Assembly (NCBI GenBank): GCA_965248445.1
Contig: CBDFJG010000004.1
Location: 640,001-704,000 of the forward strand
DNA length: 64,000 bases
Direction of reading: 5' to 3'
Source of the DNA: Planctomycetota bacterium
GTDB taxonomy: Bacteria; Planctomycetota; JAJSAM01; JAJVHW01
Position numbers and translations under genes: made by a program. The stretch's first letter is position 1; every line of letters starts with the position of its first letter. Under the pieces are notes generated by a model. That model made no database searches and was not told the DNA's origin. It saw only the letters and a program-made list of their open reading frames with translations. Below, in pieces: positions 60,184-64,000 of this stretch.

Positions 60184-61185
60184 ATGCCTACGCCGCGCGC
60201 CGACGTGCACGTGGTGCGCGCGCCGGCGCGCATCGATCTGGCCGGCGGCACGCTGGACATCTGGCCGATCTGCCTGCTCGAACCCGGTGCCGTCACCGTC
60301 AACCTCGCGATCGACCGTCTTGCGACGGCACGCGTCGTGCACCGCGGCGACGGCCAGCTCCTGCTGGCCGCCAGCGACCGCGGCATCGTCGAGCGCCACG
60401 GGACCGGCGAGTCCCTGCACGACTCCGCACTGCCGCTGCACGCGGCGGTCGCGCGGCACCTCGCGCCCGGGATGGCGCTCGAGATACGGACGAAGAGCGG
60501 CGTACCGGCCGGGTCGGGCCTGGGCGGCTCGTCGACACTGGTGATCGCGATGCTGCGCGCCGTTGGGCAGGCGACGGGCCGGCGGCTTTCCGCGCCCCGA
60601 CTCCTGCGACTGGCGATGGACCTCGAAGCCGGCGTCCTCGGGGTACCGACCGGCGTGCAGGACCACGTGGCCGCCCTCCACGGTGGACTCAGCGAGATCC
60701 GGTATCCGCCCGGCGGCGCCTTGCGCACCGGACTGCGGACCGACGTCGACGAGTTGTCGCGGCGGCTGGTCCTTGCGTACACGGGCAAGCCACACGACTC
60801 AGCGGTCAACAACTGGGAGATCACCCGCCGGTACATCGAGGGAGACGCGGACGTCCGCCGGCATCTCGGCGACGTCGCTCGCGCTGCGCGGGCCATGGTG
60901 GCGGCGCTGCGCACGAACGACCTCGACGCGGCGGCCAGCGCAATGTCTGCGGAGTGGAAGGCGCGGAAGCGGCTCGCGCCAGGCGTCACGACCCCCGCGA
61001 TCGAACGGCTCGGGCGGGCTGCGCGCAAGGTGGGCGCCCGGGCGATGAAGGTCTGCGGAGCGGGCGGCGGCGGATCCGTTGTGTTCTTCTGCGAGAAGGG
61101 GAAGCGCTCGGCGGTCGAACGCGCCGTTCGCGCGGCGAACCACCGCGTGCTCCGGTTCAAGCCACATCGAACCGGTGCAGAGTGA
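60184..61185 (+). CDS. GHMP family sugar kinase (HddA/fucokinase-like)
   Basis: APARIDLAGGTLD, PAGSGLGGSS, TGVQD, KVCGAGGGG. Confidence 0.88.
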   Translation: MPTPRADVHVVRAPARIDLAGGTLDIWPICLLEPGAVTVNLAIDRLATARVVHRGDGQLLLAASDRGIVERHGTGESLHDSALPLHAAVARHLAPGMALEIRTKSGVPAGSGLGGSSTLVIAMLRAVGQATGRRLSAPRLLRLAMDLEAGVLGVPTGVQDHVAALHGGLSEIRYPPGGALRTGLRTDVDELSRRLVLAYTGKPHDSAVNNWEITRRYIEGDADVRRHLGDVARAARAMVAALRTNDLDAAASAMSAEWKARKRLAPGVTTPAIERLGRAARKVGARAMKVCGAGGGGSVVFFCEKGKRSAVERAVRAANHRVLRFKPHRTGAE

Positions 61186-61895
61186 CCTCCCGGAGTTGCG
61201 GCGTGAGCGCGGAGTTCCACGGAGTCGTTCTCGATCTTGACGACACGCTGATCGACACGACGCGTCTCCTCGTACCAGCCGCGGATCGCCGGGCGGCCGG
61301 AGCGCTGATCGCGCACGGGGCACCCGCCGACGAGGAGGGTCTCCTCGCTCGTTTCGGACTGCTGCGGCGCCAAGGCGTGGTGGCCGTGTTCGAGGAGGTC
61401 GCTCGGGAGTACGGACTCCCCGCCCAGGCGGCCGAAGCGGCCGAAGACACGTTCTTCCGCTACGACGTGCCGGACCTCCAGCTCACGGCGCAGGTCGTGG
61501 CGGCGCTCGCGGAATTGCGCGAGATCGCACCGCTCGCGTTGCTCACGTTCGGCGACCTCGACACGCAGTGGTCCAAGATCCGCACCCTGGGCCTCGACGC
61601 CGCCGGCGCGTTCGCGGCGCTGCGCGTGGTCGCGCGCCGCGACGCGGGCGGCAAGGCCGTCGCGCTGGCGGCGCTCCTGAACGAGCTCGGCTGGGCACCC
61701 GTCCACGTCGTGATGTGCGGCGACAACCCGGCCAGCGACATCCGCGCGGCAAACACCTGCGGCTGCATCAGCGTGCGAGTGCGGCGGGACGGCGCCGAGT
61801 TCGCGAGGGCCGGGTCCGACGTCCCGCTGGAGCAAGCGGACCACGAGATCGGGAGCGTGACCGAGTTGCCGGCGCTGCTGCGGCGATTGGGATAG
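61182..61895 (+). CDS. HAD family hydrolase
   Basis: LDLDDTL motif I, LLTFG, GDNPASDI.AA...G. Start is GTG 61182 or 61203. Confidence 0.88.
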   Translation: MTSRSCGVSAEFHGVVLDLDDTLIDTTRLLVPAADRRAAGALIAHGAPADEEGLLARFGLLRRQGVVAVFEEVAREYGLPAQAAEAAEDTFFRYDVPDLQLTAQVVAALAELREIAPLALLTFGDLDTQWSKIRTLGLDAAGAFAALRVVARRDAGGKAVALAALLNELGWAPVHVVMCGDNPASDIRAANTCGCISVRVRRDGAEFARAGSDVPLEQADHEIGSVTELPALLRRLG

Positions 61896-61916
61896 GCCTC
61901 CCGCCGGGCTTATCGC

Positions 61917-61996
61917 GGGCGGGCGTGGAAGCCCGCCCCTACGTCGGTGGCGGTGGCCGCCCTTCGGCCGCGGGCGGGGCAGCGCCCCGCCCCTAC
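61917..61996 (-). repeat. Two GTAG-type REP-like palindromes
   Basis: The minus strand reads gtaggggcgggcttccacgcccgccc (61917-61942) and gtaggggcggggcgctgccccgccc (61972-61996). Confidence 0.7.
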
Positions 61997-62114
61997 AGCA
62001 ACCTTGCTCTCGTTGCGTGAACAGCGGAGGGCGGGCCGGTTGCGGAGCAAGCGGCGTGACCGAAGCCCCTCCGCAGCGTCCGGAGGACGCGGAGGAAGGG
62101 AAACACGCGAGCAA

Positions 62115-62155
62115 GTGAAGGCAAGCTGATCGCTACGCGATCAGCTTGCCTTCAC
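62115..62155. terminator. Perfect 19-bp inverted repeat overlapping the smc stop codon (terminator-like hairpin)
   Basis: gtgaaggcaagctgatcgc-tac-gcgatcagcttgccttcac. No clear U-tract. Confidence 0.55.
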
Positions 62156-64000
62156 GCAGCGAGCTCGCCGTCATGCGTGATCTGGTCCAGTCGGACCGCG
62201 ATGCGCTGGCTGACGCCCGGTTCGCGCATCGTGACGCCGAAGATCGTCTCGGCGACGCCCATCGTCTGCTTGTTGTGCGTGACGATGATGAACTGGCTCT
62301 CTTCGGCGAACTCCTGCACGACGGACGCGAAGCGGCCGACGTTCGCGTCGTCGAGCGCGGCGTCCACCTCGTCGAGGAGGCAGAACGACGACGGCTTGGC
62401 CTGGTAGATGGCGAACAGCAGCGCCACAGCGGTCATCGTGCGCTCGCCGCCGGAGAGCAGCGAGATCGACCGCAGCTCCTTGCCCGGCGGCCGCGCGACG
62501 ATCTCGACGCCGGCCTCGAGCACGTCCTGCCCCTCATCGAGCATGACGTCCGCCTTGCCGCCCTCGAACAGGCGGCGGAACATCTCGCGGAAGTTCTTGC
62601 GGATCGTGTCGAACGTCGTCACGAACATCTCGCGGCTCTCTTCGTCGATGCGCTTGATCGTGTCGAGGAGTGTCTGGCGGGAGTTCGTCAGGTCTTCGTG
62701 CTCCTTGAGAAGACCAGACGCCTCGCGCTCGGTCTCGTCGAGCTGGTCGAGCGCCTCGAGGTTCACGTTGCCCATGCGTGCAAGCTTGTCGCGCAACTCC
62801 TGCACCGCCTGCTCGACCGCCGCCTCGTCAAACTGCGCCTCGTTCTCCGCGTAGACGGGAGTGGCGCCGTCGACCATCCCGGCATCGGTCGTCGCGTCGG
62901 TCTGCTGCGCTGCCTGCCAGGCTGCGTGCAGATCCGTCTCGAGTTCCTCGTCGATGCGCTCCACCAGCGTCTCGACACGCACGCGCGCCTCGTTCTGCTG
63001 CAACCGGAAGCGCTGCAACTCCCGCCCGACTCCGGCCGCCTGCTCCTCGAACACGGCCAGGGCCGCGCGGCGCTCGTCGAGCTTCGTCGCGTGCGTCGAG
63101 AGTCCGTGGCGCATCTCGGCGAGGTCGACGATGGCCCGCTCGCGCTCCTTCTCGGATCGCGCAAGCTCTTCGCGCGCCTGATCGCCGCGCTCACCGGTCT
63201 CGACCTTGCGGAGTTCGCAGCCGGCGAGTTCCTCGCGCGCCTCCTCGACGGTCCGCTCGAGGTCGCTGATCTCCGTCTCGGTCGCATCCCGCCGCGCGGC
63301 CAGCGACGCACAGCGCTCCGCAACGGTCGCGAGCCGGACGCGCGCATCGGCCCGCTCCGTCTCGAGCGCACGAAGCTCCTGCTCGGCCGCAGCGAGTTCC
63401 GCGACGGCCGAGGCGCGACCGGACTCCAACCCCTCCTGCGACGCGACCAAGGACGCGGTCTCGTCGCCCGCCGTCGCGGCGAGCGCGGCGAATCGAGTGA
63501 CGTCCGCCGCGATTTCGGCGAGTTGCAGGTCGATTCGGCCTCGGTCCCCCGCCAATCGAGTGCGCTCCTCGTCCGTAGCCAGACGCGCGGTGCGCAAGCG
63601 CTCCGCCTCCACGTCCGCCGAACGAGCAGCCGCGCGCGTGTCCGTGAGCACCGACCGCGCCTTGGCGTTCTTCTCACCCGCCTTGGCAAGCGACGACCGG
63701 GCAGCCTCGGTGGCGCGCTCGAGCTTCGTCAGCCGTTTCGCCACGTCGCGCAGTTCCGTGCGGCGTTCGACGGCGCTCCCGCCGCTCGCCACGCCGCCCG
63801 CTGCGATCGCGCCGACTGCGAGAACGACGTCGCCGTCGGCCGTGACGAAGCGCGTCGTCTTGTTGCGACGGCGCGAACGCCGTGCCTCGGACAGCGTCGA
63901 TACCTCGACCGCATCTCCGAGGAGTGCGTCGATGACCGGGCGTAGATCACGCGGCACGCGCACGCGTCCGGCCAGCGCTCCCGTGGCCTGGGCTCCCGAG
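62152..64000 (-). CDS. smc: Chromosome segregation protein SMC, C-terminal part (5' end beyond the window)
   Basis: Coiled coil, GNVNL.A, PPGK...ISLLSGGE, FCLLDEVDAALD, QFIIVTH, GVTMREPGVS. Confidence 0.95.
   Translation of the reverse strand, partial: SGAQATGALAGRVRVPRDLRPVIDALLGDAVEVSTLSEARRSRRRNKTTRFVTADGDVVLAVGAIAAGGVASGGSAVERRTELRDVAKRLTKLERATEAARSSLAKAGEKNAKARSVLTDTRAAARSADVEAERLRTARLATDEERTRLAGDRGRIDLQLAEIAADVTRFAALAATAGDETASLVASQEGLESGRASAVAELAAAEQELRALETERADARVRLATVAERCASLAARRDATETEISDLERTVEEAREELAGCELRKVETGERGDQAREELARSEKERERAIVDLAEMRHGLSTHATKLDERRAALAVFEEQAAGVGRELQRFRLQQNEARVRVETLVERIDEELETDLHAAWQAAQQTDATTDAGMVDGATPVYAENEAQFDEAAVEQAVQELRDKLARMGNVNLEALDQLDETEREASGLLKEHEDLTNSRQTLLDTIKRIDEESREMFVTTFDTIRKNFREMFRRLFEGGKADVMLDEGQDVLEAGVEIVARPPGKELRSISLLSGGERTMTAVALLFAIYQAKPSSFCLLDEVDAALDDANVGRFASVVQEFAEESQFIIVTHNKQTMGVAETIFGVTMREPGVSQRIAVRLDQITHDGELAA

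Noticed and set aside
59466..61895. Heptose or nucleotide-sugar biosynthesis cluster (GHMP kinase plus HAD)
   Set aside because: No isomerase, nucleotidyltransferase or glycosyltransferase lies nearby, so the substrate cannot be assigned from sequence.

Overview
High-GC bacterial chromosome segment. The abundance of HEAT-repeat, thioredoxin-like and secreted proteins and ECF sigma factors suggests Planctomycetota, but this is an inference. It holds about 52 genes. Housekeeping and metabolic genes include smc (3' part), aroC, pckA, dinB, mscL, the prkA-yeaH-spoVR cluster, a tricorn S41 protease, a 1-Cys peroxiredoxin, an RND efflux pair, two MFS transporters and an ECF sigma/anti-sigma locus. 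A 1.5-kb single-ORF IS66-family element truncates a PQQ-repeat gene, and several GTAG-type REP-like palindromes are present. The main signal is three genes within 12.5 kb that the ORF track splits at an in-frame TGA, each with a downstream hairpin resembling a bacterial SECIS. They are a DUF3179 protein (UPLC), a TlpA-like redoxin (UVGC), and an exported thioredoxin-like protein whose signal peptide is followed by G-U-C-P and a Gly-rich arm. All three are best read as selenoproteins, and the third does not match a selenoprotein family I recognise. Three other genes carry single-base frameshifts that look like sequencing indels. No rRNA, tRNA or CRISPR array was recognised.
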